Counted from the first letter of the stretch, positions 1 through 15,408 are shown. The stretch is DNA of 64,000 bases from Syncephalis fuscata S228 (GCA_025786725.1 JAHLTZ010000003.1:310001-374000), one strand, 5' to 3'. Numbers and translations: made by a program. The notes: generated from the letters alone by a model not told the origin.

Positions 1-883
1 ACATTCTGCTATTAATGCTTAATAACTATATACGATACTAATGTTTGATACTAATAATACCTAATAATATACTAGGATTAAAATTTTGGTTTCTATTACA
101 ATTCTATTACATAGTATTGCAATATCAAACACAGTTATACTATTCAAGCCTTTGAAACGTTTATGCTAGTTACGTATTAAACAGCATTACGTCTATTTAA
201 TAACTTGTATATGCGCGTTTGTTTTGTCTGTGTAAGCAATGGGCGACATATTCGTGACAATACCAGTTCCCGTTACAAAATACCAAGCATAGCACAATAT
301 ATATGTTTACTCTCTTTCTTCTTTCGTCAGACTAGTGCCCATATTTTGTTTATCGCCCTTCTATCCTAGTCTTGCTTTACTCTTACTCTATTCGTTTGCA
401 TACTAACAACACTTGCATCTCTGCTTAAGTACCCCTCTACCACCCCTTCTTAGCCATATTGCATATCGAAGGACTTTGCGTACACTGCTCAAGTGTCTGT
501 TTACTTCACCCTGCAGTCCTATTAGTTCATTGCTTTTGTTCATCCTTATTCGCCAGTGCCAACGCTATTGTTCTTGGCCACAGACCGCATTGCATAAAAC
601 TAACCCCGTTTGGTTTGCTATTTAGATTTATCGTAGTTATTTAATTAGTTTGCATTAGGTTGAAAGCGTGCGTTCTTTATATAAAAGGTAAGTAGCTAAT
701 AACTGTAGCAGTAATATTCGCCAAAAACAGTATCGGCGTTTGACGGCCAGCTTTTCTCAACGGCTTCACACCTAATTCTTTGTAAACCATGCTCATCTAG
801 TAAGGCGACTGTACTGCTGTAGTACATTACCACTGCCGTTCTACTTTGTATCAAGCCTACTATTAGCTTGGTATTGATTCTTA

Positions 884-3800
884 ATGGCGTCCTCGCCCGT
901 GTCGAATGAACATGGTGCGACGTCGCAACAACAGCCACAAGCGAGAGTAAGCACTATTGCTGAACGTCCATCTCGGCGTCATTTACATCATGCCAGTATT
1001 GCTGATGCAGAAGATGCAGAAATTGTTGTAACCGCGGGTATGGAAGTGGAACGGGCGCGTGCTAGGGACGCGCTTGTTGCTTCAATAAACCCAAATTCTG
1101 TTGATGAACGAGATTACCAACAATTTGTACGTCGTTGGCGTACTATCCATGAACGACGACCTTCAAGGATAAGTGCATTAAGTCAGGAAAGAAATACGCC
1201 AGAACACCCCACAGATACGGCTGATGACGCCGATGACGATAGCGAAGCAGTAACTACGCCAACGTCTGTACAACGTTCGTCAGCAGCCGCTGCAGCTAGA
1301 CGCGTACGTAGTAGTGGCACATCAATGGCTAGTCGATATCGCGATTCGAATCGACCTAGTCGCCGTGGAACACTGCGTGAATCAATTATGGACTCGTTAC
1401 GTGATATATCGGCCCGTGTGGCTGGCAGTCAAGGCGATGACCGAACAGCATTCTCCGTATCCAGTGCAAGTGCCCACAGTCCCCGGTCCTATTTAACATC
1501 TGATGGAGGTAGGCGCAGTAGAAGATCACGACGATGGCGCCAGCGTGATAATCGATTGTCCTCTGAAGCGTTGCTTGCCTATGATAACATACCACTTCCT
1601 TCTTCTCCTGCGATCGCTATAATGCCTACGGATGCCTCACTTTTACCAGCGTCTCCTTCTATTTCGCGTCGATTCTTTTCATCTGCCTATACTGATTTAT
1701 CGTATGAATTTAATACAGAGGATGCCGAGAAACCACACCGCCCAAAACATAACCGATCAAGATCGCGTACCCGTGCCGAGATGGCTGCCGTGGATAGTGA
1801 CGCTATAAGCTTACAAGATGTCAAAATATCTGATATGACTCCCCCGTATCGCCAGCTACTGGACGAGAAGACATTGATGTTCAGCTTATTGTTGTATCCG
1901 ATCCCAACAACAACAGTAACAATGTTAATACTAACCATAATAATAACAGTAATAATAATAATAATAATAATAGCCATAATAACAGCAACAAGTATATTGG
2001 AGATGATGAACAACAAGATGTCGATGTTACATATGGTAGATTCTCTCGTGACTTTATGGCTAGTAGAATGCCTATGGTAAATACACCTGGTGGTGGCACA
2101 CGGGTCTCTTTTTCACGTTCAGATCGATCACGTCAACCAACTGCACCTATTCTATTTAATAGTGGTATTTATAATGATCCACACCGACCACCATTGGGTG
2201 GCCATTCATTTGGTGTATTTGGACCACATAATCGAATTCGTATTTGGTTAGCACGACTATTACAAAATCGGTAAGTTAATTAACTAGTTATTATTAATAT
2301 ATTGATATATATATATATATTAATTAATTATGATTATTAGTTGGACTGAACCCATCATTTTAGTATTAGTAATGTTAAATTGTTTATTACTAGCCTTTGA
2401 TACTCGACAATTTAATCAAAAAGAACTATTTGGTGATAGTTGGCTAGATTATGCATTACTTGGTGTATTTGTTATTTATACGTAAGTAGTCATTGACGGC
2501 AGCTAATAGTTATAACTAATGCCTATAATTAATATTAATACATAATTAGTATTGAAGTGGCTGTAAAAATGATTGTATTTGGTGTGTTTATTAATCCACC
2601 GCCTATTCAACGAAGTCAATTAAATACAACTGGACGTCGTAAGGCTAGACGATCAAGTGGTGCAGATCAATCTAATGAAAAGACACTAGCCATGTCTCAA
2701 GATCATCTTAGTCCTACGGGTGGTCTTAGTGCATCCGTAGCATTATCACCCGGTGGTGCTACACATTTAAGACGTCGAGATAGTAGTCGTCGTCGTCACA
2801 AACGCAGTCATAGTAATCAGCATAAAAGTAACAAATCAAATACGAATGCTGATTTTGATGAATTAACGGCGGGTGTGTCGCCCTTTCCTTCCCCGTGTGG
2901 ATCAGCATTTCCCTCGCCCATTCATTCTGATGTATCTGATGAATCGGGTGTTGAAAATCATAAACGACCTATTACTAAATCACCATCACTTATATTTAAT
3001 ACGGTAACTGAATCAAACCTTAATACCACGTGTAACACCACGGCTATAAATACAGAGCCATTATCACCAAAGATGCCATCATCTAAACCGTGGTATTTAA
3101 ACTGGTGGCCATTAAATCGTCAACAACCAGATCCATCATCAACGAATCTAACTAACGATCCGTCACAGCCACCTATAAAGCCAATTCTACCTCATACGGC
3201 CTATCTTCGACATACATTTAATCGAATTGATTTCATTGCCGTAGTAGCATTTTGGATTGATTTAGCCATTATGGCCGCAGAAATTAAAGGCTTTCCTTTA
3301 TTTAAAGGTCTTGCTGCATTACGACCTGTACGTTTATTGGTCATTACAAGTGGTTTAGCAGTAAGTTGATGGTCATGAATTAAATAATACACTTATTAAT
3401 ATCAATGTTATTGAATAGACGATTACACAATCGCTTAAAGTGGCTATGCCATTGTTGGTGGATGTTACTGGATTTATTACCTTTTTCCTTATTATATTTG
3501 GTATTATTGCACTTGAAACCTTTAAAGGATCATTATCGCGACACTGTGTCATGGATAGCGATGAAGGTAATACTACTACTACTACTACTACTACTATATA
3601 ATAGTTACTAATTAATTGATTGATTGATTGATTGATAAATAGCTTTAGTTACTGCACCCATTAAGTATTGTGGCAGTTATATCGATTTAAATAGCAGCAA
3701 GATTATGAGTCTAGTCAACAATAACAAAACACTGTCGAATATAGCCACTAAAGGCTATACATGTCCGGCCAATCAATTATGTCGTGATATGAATGAGAAT

Positions 3801-6800
3801 CCAATGTTTGGCTTTCTTGGCTATGACCATATATTTATGGCTATTCTAGCCATTGTTACATCTGTATCCACTGAAGGCTGGACTGATACAATGTACTGGA
3901 CAATGGATGCAGAATATGGATTAGCCGCTTTATATTACTGTATTTTAATTATTACCATGACGTTTATTATTATGCAGTTGTTTATTGGTAAGTAAATATT
4001 AATAAATTAGTAGATTATAATATATTAATATATTAATATAATTGTATTTAATAGCGGTTATTACTGAATCGTTTGGACAAGTGAGAGCAGATAAACAATC
4101 ATCGGCGTTTTTATCAGCCGGATCTGATCCATTGTTGTTACACCACGATGCCCATGAAACATTGGCTGCTCGGGCTGCTGCTTCTCGTATGGAACTTGAA
4201 GAAGCATGGATGATGGCCGAAGAGGGTCGACGACGATCACTACGCCATCGTATACATACTGTTGCGGCTAAATGTGTTAATCATCCAGTATTTGTCTATT
4301 TGGGTGGTGCATTAGCAGCAGCTAATCTAGGTATAATGGCCACCCGTACCGAACATTCTACACCACGACAAGAGAATTTAATTGGTAAGTAGAAATATAT
4401 ATAACTATATATAAAAACTAGTTAATTAATAACTATTTAAATAGTTCGATGTGAAACTGCATTTACAGCCGTATTTGTAGCAGAAATTATTGTACGTATC
4501 TATGCTGCACCTAATTGGTCGATATTCTGGAGACGTACAACCAATCGAGTGGATTTATTCTTGGCCATCGTTACAGCCATTATTCAATTTACACCTATTC
4601 ATGAATTGGAATGGTATCGCTATTTAACTGTACTCCATGTAATGCGATTCTATCGTGTGGTGCCGCTTATTCCACGTATCAATGTGATGGCGGTAAGTAA
4701 CATTTCATAGTTATGAGCAATTACTAATACTATATTGACGATAGGCTAATATGTTTAAAAGTGTCCGGTCATTTATTAATGTCATTTTCTTTTTAATGAT
4801 GACTTTACTTGTGGCATCCACAGTGACCATGCAAGTATTTAGTGGCAGTTTTGAATTCAATAACGATAATAATAAGCCTGCGCTTAACTTTGATACATTT
4901 GGTGATGCTTATCTTTCACTCTTTGTGGTAAGTAATTCATCGTCAATGTTATACTACTATATTACTGAATTGATATTATATAGATATTGACAGGAGAGAA
5001 TTGGAATGTAATATTATATGATTGCATGCGATCTCAAAAGGGTGCTATGATTGTTATAGCTGCCTTATTTGTCGTTATATTCTATTGCTTCTCTCATTGT
5101 AAGTAATTAAATCTATATTTCTATCTAAATAACCAACTTTATATAGATGTTATTTCCAATCTTTTCGTTGCTGTATTATTGGAAAACTTTGAATTGGACG
5201 AAGAAGAGAAACGAGCACGACAAATTGTCAATTTTTTATCAAAACGAGAAAAGCGTGAACAATACATTACTGGTGGATTATTTAGGTAAATATACTAATA
5301 CTATGCTTAATACTATGTTTAATACTATGCTTAATAATAATCTACTATTGTTATTATAGTAAACTCAATCCATATTTATATATGAAACCAAAACCACGAT
5401 TGTTACAAGTATCCAATCTACCAAAAGGTATGCAGGCTCAAGTACGTAAATCCATGGTTCGACGTATGTTAGCAGAAGGTGGAGCCATCACCGATGACAC
5501 ACCTAGTAAAATAGCAGCTGCAAAAGACCATAAATATAATGGCAGTCTATGGTCAAGTATACGTCGTCGTATACGTGGTGACAACTCTGATATTGCCATG
5601 GAAGAACTAAATACTGAAATGGATCACCATCAGCAAACAGCATCATCAGCCGGTGCATCTACACCAAATATGGGACGTCGTAAAAACAGTTATACCAGTG
5701 GACACAGTAGACAACAAAGTAGACGACGATTATATGAATCTGGTGTGGCTTCACAGTTCTCCGGTATTACTGCCATCGATGAAGATGATATAGCTACAGA
5801 AAACACTAGATCACCTGATATGGCCATGATATCATTGACATCAGCATCACCATCGTCAACGCCCTTTTCACCGATATCACCAGCCACACCAGGCATGACT
5901 ACGGCTTCTAATTCACTTGATTTATACGGACGTGCCTCTAATGATACACGAATTGATCCATCACTAAGCTTAACAGAAGAAGCACCTGGTCTTACCAAGA
6001 AGGCGCCACACCGTGCTCGATCTGGATCCATTCCTCAACTAGATGGTAGAGCAGCTAGAGAGGCTGAATTCCGTGAAGCTTATCCAACTTATGAGCGGTC
6101 TTTATTCCTCTTCTATCCTGGTTCACGTATACGTCGTTGGTGTCAAGGATTATTGGGTACACGTGAAACAAGAGCTGCCGGTATACGTACTTGGTTTGAC
6201 TGGCTTATTATTCTCAGTATTATTGGCAGTGTGGTGGTGGTAGTTATGGATACACCTGTACTTCGTCGTAAATTACATCAAAAAGGACGAGATAATGACA
6301 ATATCTTCCCTAAATTAGATGCTATTTTTTTGGTCATTTTTACAGTTGAATTATTGGTACGAGCCTGTGCTGATGGTTTTCTATTCACTCCAAATGCCTA
6401 TATAAGAGATGCATGGAATCGAATGGATTTTCTTGTATTGATTACACTTGCCGCTGGTATGTGTTTTAATGCCAGTGGTTCGCATGGTGTAGAGCGTACT
6501 TTTAGAGCTACACGGGCCATTCGTCCCTTGCGACTTATTAATCAATTCCGTGGCACACGTGAAATCTTCTTCTCTACAATTAGTACAGTGCCGAGTATTC
6601 TTTATACGGCTGCACTATCTATCCTCTTTGTTATTCCATTTGCCGTTTATGGTGTTAATGTATTTGCCGGTTACTTTGCCCAATGTAATGATGGCGATGT
6701 CAACGATATTTCAGAATGTGTGGGCGAATATCTATACACCCCGGCTGATGCAGCCATTAGTATTCTAACCCCACGGGTCTGGACCAATCCGTATAAATAC

Positions 6801-9376
6801 AGTTTTGATTCGTTTGGATCGGCCATTTTACTACTATTTGAAATGGCCTCCGGTGAAGGTTGGGTCGATGTACTATTTACAGGTATGGCGACCCCCCATA
6901 AGATTGGTGAACAAATGCAATATACAAGCTCGGATCCATCATGGTATAACTCGATCTTCTTTTGCGTCTATATGCTATTCGGTTCCGTTGTCGTCGTGCA
7001 GCTGTTTATTGGTGTCATTGTAGAGAATTTGAAAACACGTTCAGGTATTGCCTTGCTAACGGTGGATCAACAACGATGGATTGATTTACAACGACAATTA
7101 AAGATGATACGGCCCACAACAATGCCGCTACGTCCACTAAATCGATTACGTGCCTGGTGTTTTGATTTGGCTATTGATAAACGAGGTCGGCTTTCACAAG
7201 CTATTAATGCCATTACCGTATTCAATATACTAATGATGATGACCGAACATAAGAACCAACCTCATTGGTGGGATAAAACAAAAGGTAAGCTAACTGGTAG
7301 AATAGTTGAATAGTAAATACTAATTAAACTATTTAATAGATATTGTGTTTAGTTGCTTAATTGCTCTTTACACCCTTGAAGTCATTATTAAATTATATGG
7401 ACTTGGATTTAAAAAGGTAAAACGAATAATAATAATAATAATAGTAGTAGTAGTAGTAGGATTAATGATAATGGTATTAATACTATTTATATTTATATAG
7501 TGGTGTAAAAATCGATGGAATATATTTGATCTTATTGTGACTATGGGTGCACTTGTTACCGACATTTGTTTGGCGGTTAAATTCCAGGTAAGTATTTATG
7601 ATGATTAGTTTTATTGTCTTACTAATTGTCATGTAACTATTATAGACGGATATTATTATGCAAGTACAAAAGCTATTTCTAGTGGCTATTGCGTTTAAAC
7701 TCGTACAACGTATTGAATCGTTACAAATGCTGTTTAAAACGCTTATGGCTTCCGTACCGTCGATTATCAACATTATGACTGTACTGCTTCTCGTATTTAT
7801 CGTTTATGCTATTCTATTTATGGAGATATTTGCATTAACACGATATGGCCGCTACACGAATTCCCATGCCAATTTCCAGGAATTCGGTAATACACTACTA
7901 TTGCTACTACGTATGACGACGGGCGAGAATTGGAACTACGTAATGCACGATATGATGACGGAGGGGCCTTATTGCGTTAGTAATGAGAATTATCTTGAAA
8001 CAGATTGTGGTAGTCGGTACTGGGCACTTTTCCTATTTATTTCATTCTATGTTATTGGCACCTATATTCTAGTTAACATGTTTATTGTTGTGGTCATTGA
8101 TAACTTCTCCTACACTTATCAGCGGGACATTCGTGCCGCCTACATTACTCGGGCTGATCTGCGTGGTTTTAAAAAGGTATGGGTCGAATACGATCCAAAA
8201 GCTACCGGTTATATACCAGCCCGTGTATTGCCATCCTTTTTACGTTCATTAACGGGCCGTTTCTCCGTTCGTATCTACGATGATGCTCATGATGTGACGA
8301 ATCTACGCCGACGAGCTATTAAAGGTCAGCGTGGACCCGGTGGCGGTAATACATTTATTGCAGAGGCGGTACGCGTTGATGTACAGCGTTTGAATCGTTC
8401 ATTGGCCGCTATGGATGTGGTACAAGTGCGAGCACGTCGTCGTCGCTACAATCTTGTCTACCAAGAAGCGATGCTTTCACAAGATAGCCGGGGCATTTCA
8501 TTCCACGCTATGCTGCAAGTGCTAGCGTATAGTCTGGTGGAAACGGAGAAATGTTTACAGGTTGAAGATCTTATTATTCGACAGCGTAAAGAAGAAGAAC
8601 TACTTGAACGAGCAGCTCGAGAAAAGGTGGCGGGTATTCTACGTACACTTATTCAACGTAGACGTTTCCGACAACTTGTAGGCCAAGCACTTGGTCAGGC
8701 CCGTGCCGATGGAACACTAGTATCAGCAACAACGCCGCAAAGTGCATCCACTGCAGGCCAACTTGGTAAGTTTAAACGATGTATATATATGTCGTAATAT
8801 TGAACTAATGAATCATGATTATCGTGTATTCTATAGATGTACCCTCCATTGTCGTATCACGTAAAAATAATTCTAATCAGGGACATATGCCAGCACGTCC
8901 GCATGATATTGATACCAAGGTAGCGACATCAACGACGGATCGGGCACGTCATTTATCAGCAGCTTCATTTTTAAGTGCTGACGATGGTACAGCCGATCCA
9001 GCATCTGATTCTGATACTGGTAGTCTTTTACTGCTATCGCCATCATCAGGCCCATCTTCCTCTTTAGCGGGTGCTGTACAAGCTCAACAAGACTCTCCAT
9101 CAACTACTACGGCCATGCCTACAAAGTAAGTCCTATTTGAGTATTCATTTTACGACTATGCTAACGTTTTGTCATTATGATAGTAGAAATGTTATTGCAC
9201 CATCCACGGATGCTTGGCGGGATCTTGACCCGACGGAAATTACCTCTGAGAATGCCGACTCTGTACTACGTAACGTAACCAATAACATGTGGTATGGTAT
9301 CATGGAAGAAGAGCGTGAACGAGAAGCTATTGCCGATTTAAATTCAAACAGTCCGCGATCATCGGTAGATTTGTAA
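884..9376 (+). CDS. CCH1: Four-domain Ca2+ channel alpha subunit, Cch1/NALCN clade (multi-exon; one apparent frameshift near 1870)
   Basis: Four 6-TM repeats with S4 segments (LAALRPVRLL, RATRAIRPLRLI). Pore loops STEGWTD, LTGENWN, ASGEGWVD, TTGENWN. C-terminal EF-hand-like YDPKATGYI. GT-AG introns link the ORF pieces. Confidence 0.95.
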
Positions 9377-10307
9377 AGTAGTACCTACTACTGATGCTAT
9401 ACACTAGCGATTTATAAGTTGCGTTTAGTCTTTAGTCTTTATTATTATTAGTTTCATTAAAGGCATTTACCTATAAAGCATTTTATTCATTTGACATAGC
9501 ACATTTTAATCTAGTTTTTAATTTACATATATTGCTATACTTTATTATTATTAAACATTGCTGTTATTAAATTAGTAAAGATAAAAAACCAATATTTATT
9601 TATTGGTTTTTAATGATAATTATAATATTTTCCAGATCTTGGTATTTGATTTACAGAAAACAAAACTATTAATTATAACTGTAACAACAAGTGTGTAGAT
9701 GGCAATAATATTGTACTTTATAGCTATTTGAACCAGCACAATTATAGATTAAAAGTAGTGTATATAGCAATATAGTAGAAGTAGATGATGGTCTGTCTTT
9801 TACTTGCAAAAATGCTAGGTTATTTTTTGTGTAAAAACAAACAGATATTTATTACCGTTTATCAAAGGGCACAACTATGTTTAGTTTTAAATGTTATTTT
9901 CGGCAATTGGCAAGTAAACGATATATGCTTGATTGAATAAACATTGAAATTAATTGATGCAAATTGAAACAAAGCAGGTGTATTTGCATTTTAATCGTCA
10001 TATACAAAAATCAATTTTATTGTAATTTGTATACAAGTGTAAATACATACTAAAATAATTGTCTGTATTTTGGTTTACATATTCCATATAGAATTAAACA
10101 TTGATGGATTTCAAAAGTGTTAATGAAATTGATTACTGGAATAGAGACAGCCATTAGATTGCATTTACTAAACCAGTTTGATTTTATTAGTTAAATTAAA
10201 AAATAAAACCTGGAATAATTACTTGTATCCTATCTGCTGCTTAAATAGTTATTAAACTAATATAACATTTTATTTAATATGCAACTGATATAAGATAATA
10301 ATAAAGT

Positions 10308-11576
10308 AATATAATTAAAATGAAATCATGTATTTATTACCAGTTTGCACAGTTGAATAGGCATAACTCAGACTTGTTGACAATACGATGATGCTATTGA
10401 TTAATAGTTGAATAAAACGAGAGCATTGGCTGTAACTTGGTATGTAAGTGAAATGAATGATCGTCATTGAATGGTCTTGATTTTGCCAAAGATATACCTA
10501 ATATATTGCTCTAGCAGCTCCATTTACACCACCAATGCTAATCTATTGAATATACAGGCTAAACTGTATCGATAGTATATATGTAGAATGTGCCATATAA
10601 GCAGCATATAAATTAATGCTATACGATGTCACTTACATTCTATTAATACAAGTTATCAAGTGCACACATTGAATGACATGTAACAAATATAAAATTGGTT
10701 AATATAGCATACTACTTACCAACTATCAATATAGTTATTAAATATACACAACGTATATTGTTTAATTAGCATATAGCTATTTAATATAAAATGCCACTTA
10801 CCAGCTATTGATATTAGATTGTTAAACACACACAGCGCATAGCATGTAACTAGTTTATATTTATTTGATACAAAACATCACTTGCCAACTATTAGTATTA
10901 TTATTAGATATGCATAATATATGAAATATAATTAGTATGTAACCAAACAATATACAATTCCACTTACTGGCAGCTGTTATGTGTTATAATGGCCATCATG
11001 TGTATAATAGTGTCGATAAGTGTTGGAATAATGATCAATAATCACGACTTATGTTCTAATGATGCATTAGGTAAACATAGTGTTAATAAGTATACTAATT
11101 TACATATTTATTGTAATTGCAACATACCGCGACAAGCTAGAACTGGCTTAGCATCCACCACAATCATAGTGGCCACAAGAGCCACGACAATGGCACCGAC
11201 GACGGTAATAGAAAGCTTTATAGTAATACTGGATTGTTAAAAGAAACAAGTAGAATGAAGATGGTATGTGTTTAGTATAAATAATCCGATACATAGGCGG
11301 TAGAAATCTACATACAAGTCTATACAGCACCATTACACAGCTCAACTACACGTCGCAAACTAGATCTATTGGCTTTAAAAAAACAGCGACAATGCGCCAT
11401 TATGCTTCTATTGTCACTTTTACCGGCAAAATCAATTTCATATCTACATGCATTCCAAACAGTCCATAACATCAATGCAACAGTAACATTAATACACTGC
11501 AATATTGCTTATTGCAGGATCTATCATTATGCATAGACTAGTCGTACTGTCTAGAACTATGAGGATATACTGATTG
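10308..11576. repeat. Dispersed repeat copy 1 (~1.27 kb) carrying the micro-exon peptide gene
   Basis: Near-identical to 62108-63378 (offset 51800 across the gene) and to ~33698-34948. Confidence 0.97.
10559..11221 (-). pseudogene. Micro-exon secreted-peptide gene copy 1; start ATG>ATA, dibasic RR>CR
   Basis: Exon 1 reads (I)KLSITVVGAIVVALVATMIVVDAKPVLACR, followed by the same micro-exons AAC/CTGCCA/TTG/CTG/TTG/AAT/TTTAG as copy 3. Confidence 0.7.
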
Positions 11577-12049
11577 GTTCATACAAATACTCGGTTTGAC
11601 GTCATGTATATCAGTATTGGAATGGACAGCACATTGAGTTTACATAGATGTTACATTTGCTCATATCACTCCACGCATCATACAGTTATCGATATATCAA
11701 GTAAGATTTTAGTGAATCAACCGCGCAATAAGTGCTACTTGTAGTACAGCCCATAATAACTTTCATATTTACAAAAATCCAAATATGCCTGAATAGCTTT
11801 CATACTAAAAATAAATACAGCAAATTAAACATAACATACATATTAATATTAGTATGGCTGCATACTATATATTGTTGCTATAGTGCTATACAGCCAACAA
11901 AAATACAGTTTCTACATTGCTAAAATTAAAGCAAAAATAATAGATTTGCACTATACATTCTAGATTATAGTGTGCGGTATAGCAATAAAAAAATATGACT
12001 GCCTTGACAATAAGAAATTCAATTGAGTTTTATGCTCATTATAATATTT

Positions 12050-12500
12050 TAATTTAAAACCCTTGTTTCTGCAGCTTGTTAGGAAAAGTTTCTTATAAAC
12101 CTTTTTGTAATTGGCTCTGTTGGCCCACTAATCCAAAGAATAGCGCAGATGGCTGCATCATCATGGTTCTTGAGCACCCATTCCACTCATTAACATGCTG
12201 CCATAATCAGAATTTTTGACTTTTCAACAAGATAGTCGATAAATTTGTTAATGTTGTTGCTAGATGTCCGCTGATAAATAACATACTTTACTGTATCAGA
12301 TACAAAGCGGCGACGCCATAATATTCCACGACGCTACTCGTAGCAAATAGCTTGTCAAGATATAGACCAGTGTCTACTGGCAATAGTTGTCGCATAAGAC
12401 GGCCAATAGCGATATGGGCATCGTGTCTCCATGCATCGGTCGTGCATAAACCGGCAACGGACAGCAAGATAGCTAGCGCAAATTTCTTTGAAATCAGCAT
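12050..12500 (-). pseudogene. Secreted S1/P1 nuclease-like fragment, truncated or degenerate
   Basis: Signal peptide then mature N-terminus WRHDAHIAIG, matching the S1/P1 W-x4-H Zn-binding start. Downstream sequence is short and contains stops. Confidence 0.5.
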
Positions 12501-13411
12501 GTTGAAAAGTGGTGCTAATAAATAATGATGTTATACAGTGTACGGATGGCTATTAAATCAAACATAAAGTGTAGCAGTAATCGACAATGTTGTAGCTAGC
12601 GTGTAAATGTAAGAGTATATATGAATGAATTGTAAGTAAATATCGAGCACATAAATCAATTCAAGCAATTCATTTTATAACCAAATAGCAGCACTTTCAG
12701 AACTTTGTTTAAATAAACAAATATACTAATGGTTTATTGCATTATGGGTAAGATTTCAAGTGTAAATCAGATTGACATCTACAAACAATAAGCTCAATAT
12801 GACTGTTTCATGTTGAAACTAACCAGTGCTTTTGGCGACTTTTTATGCATTCATTAAAAATAGTCATTTGTTTAATGTGCATAAGTGTTTATTTTTAGCA
12901 GCAAATGAATGGAAAAAGGAATGCACTTGATGGCTATAATTGAACATCGTAAATGCTATTAATATAGAATACACCAAAATCAGAGTATTAATCACGTTGT
13001 ATTTAGATTAATGTATAGTCTGCACATGTCATGTATTCTAGCTAGTACACAACTGCACCAAGTTATAGCGCTAAAAATAGCCAACTTCCTTATCTGAAAT
13101 TAGTATCATTATTTAATGCTAAATAAGTCATTTTGAGTATTTTATTATTTGTTTTTGTTTTCCTAATAGCCGTTGGCCATTGAGTTTTCTACTTTCTTGC
13201 TAGTATAAGTCACTAGTCTGTAATACATTTATTTCTTGACATCATAAACACTGTTATCGCTTGAAACTTTTAATATAAAAGCATTTGACTGCAACACTTC
13301 ATATCTTTGTTAACAGCGTTTTATCCCACATTCTTATTAACAGCAATTACTCTTGTTTTCGTTAAACAAAACGCTTTGTTAGCTATCTACTTAACAGCAA
13401 TAACCTACAAT

Positions 13412-14737
13412 ATGGATCAATACTCGCAAGACATTGCTAGCTCTAGCTCTCCTAAGCCACAGCGTGTTATAGCCGCACAGCCAGGAGCTCAAGGAAACAT
13501 GCAAGTGTCATTTGCGCATGAAATTCCTCTTGGAGAACAGGGAGGCTATGGTAAGTGAACCGTGAAAAGCCAAGTCCAATAATTACTAAATAATGACTGT
13601 TATTGATTATAGCGCACATTATGAACGCTATTGGCTCGATTATTGGTGCATTTGGAGCAGTAAGTAATAATAAAACGATGCCTAATGTTTATTGATATAT
13701 TTATTCTTCATCTAGATTCCATGCTGCTTATGTTGTCCAAATCCATATAAGGAGGTACATCAAGGTGAGTTGTTTGTAGTCCACATTTATTTTAGTGCTA
13801 ATATAAATGTTTTAGGATCGGTTGGTTTGATCGAACGGTTTGGTAAATATTACAAGACAGTCAACCCCGGTCTTGTCAATGTAAATCCTGTCAGTGAAAA
13901 GATACGACGGGTCGATATTAAGATGCAAATCACTTCAATTCAAGATATATCAATTATGACTAAAGTGGGTGTTTAATTGCTAACATAACAATGCTGCACA
14001 ACTTGCTAACCATGTTATCAAATCAATTTATTGTTATTAGGACAATGTTAATATCACAATTGACTGTGTTGTTTATTGGCACGTTGTAGATGTGTACCTT
14101 GCCACGTACGGCGTCACACGACTTGAGAAGGCTCTTTTGGAACGTGCTCAAACAAGTCTTCGTGCAATTCTTGGTGGTCGCTCATTGCAAGATTGCATTG
14201 AGAATCGTGAAAGTATTGGACAGTCATTAGGCGCTATGCTTGAAGAACCGGCTGCCTCGTGGGGTATTCGCGTGGAGAATACACTAATCAAAGACTTGCA
14301 ATTCAGCCAAGAACTCCAGCAGTCCCTATCTAGTGCTGCCACGCAGAAACGTATTGGTGAATCAAAAGTCATTGCTGCCAAGGCTGAAGGTAAGTTTGGC
14401 AAACTAGTAGCACACAGTGGCCTATTGGCTCGATATTGCGATAAAACAATGGCTAATACACTTGACTCGTGTTCCATCATATCTAGTCGACTCGGCTAAA
14501 CTAATGCGTGAAGCATCGGAGATTCTTAATACCCCGGCAGCCATGCAGATCCGCTATCTCGATACCATGGCACAGATGTCAAAGAGCGGCCAGACTAAGG
14601 TTATCTTTATGCCAGTTCCAGGTCCCGATGTCCAGGCAGGTGCGACAGACTCTCATGGTGGAAATGCATCTGGCAAAACACCCGCATTTACTCCCCAAAT
14701 GGCGGCATTGACAGAGTACATGGGCGACCAGCGCTAA
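13412..14737 (+). CDS. Stomatin/SPFH (band 7) family protein, copy A
   Basis: CCLCCPNPYKEVHQG, GLIERFGKY, TKDNV, AQTSLRAILG, WGIRVE, AAMQIRYLDTM; multi-exon. Confidence 0.95.
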
Positions 14738-15408
14738 GTGTATGTATCGCATTGCCAGTCATTATACTCATAGCTGCTTATAACTTTGATATGCTGTCTA
14801 TCATTGAATAAATACTAAAATACTTGCTAGTATACCTATTTGGCATCTTTAATGGTAAACAGCCACTCCACACACTTCCATATAAGTCTTGTAAAAAATA
14901 AAACGCCATGTTTTTGTTTTAAAACACCATGTAACTGTCTCGTTACTGACTTGGTTTAAAACGTGATCAACGTGCCAGATCACTGTGCGTTTTACTATGT
15001 ATCAGCTATGGTCAATCCATTAGAAGTTCCTTTTGACAAGCAAAGTGTATTTCTCATACATATTTTTGCAACTGAAACAGCAATCCGGTAATTCCAATGC
15101 TGCCATTGATGCAAGCATGTTGATTGTTGTATTTTTAGCATTGACAAAGCATGTTGATTGGCTTAACAGTCTCTTGACGATTATTTTCATATGCTTTTGT
15201 GCCCACTAGCGCTTCCTTTCGTAGAAACGTGTAATAAACATGGTATTTCATCTCTCCGTCGTAATGTATAAATATTGTCATGATTAGCTCGATTTGTACT
15301 ATACCGTATCCTTCAATCCTCCGTTACTTCACTTGCTTGACGCAAACTTAACGACTACCTCATTTGCTATCTAGAATAGAATCCTCATTATAGAAATTCA
15401 TTTTTATT

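Noticed and set aside
1900-2000. AAT/AAC microsatellites, also the poly-Q at ~48195-48255 and intronic repeats at ~5294-5336
   Set aside because: Ordinary low-complexity slippage in an AT-rich genome.
10308-11576. Three-copy repeat as MITE, solo LTR or CRISPR-like array
   Set aside because: No TIRs, TG...CA ends or target-site duplication seen. The ~80-nt periodicity comes from splice signals, not repeat-spacer units.
13770-14737. Overlapping ORFs in stomatin, Kap123 and Cch1 as dual-coding genes
   Set aside because: Explained by introns, alternative frames of GC-richer exons and indel errors.
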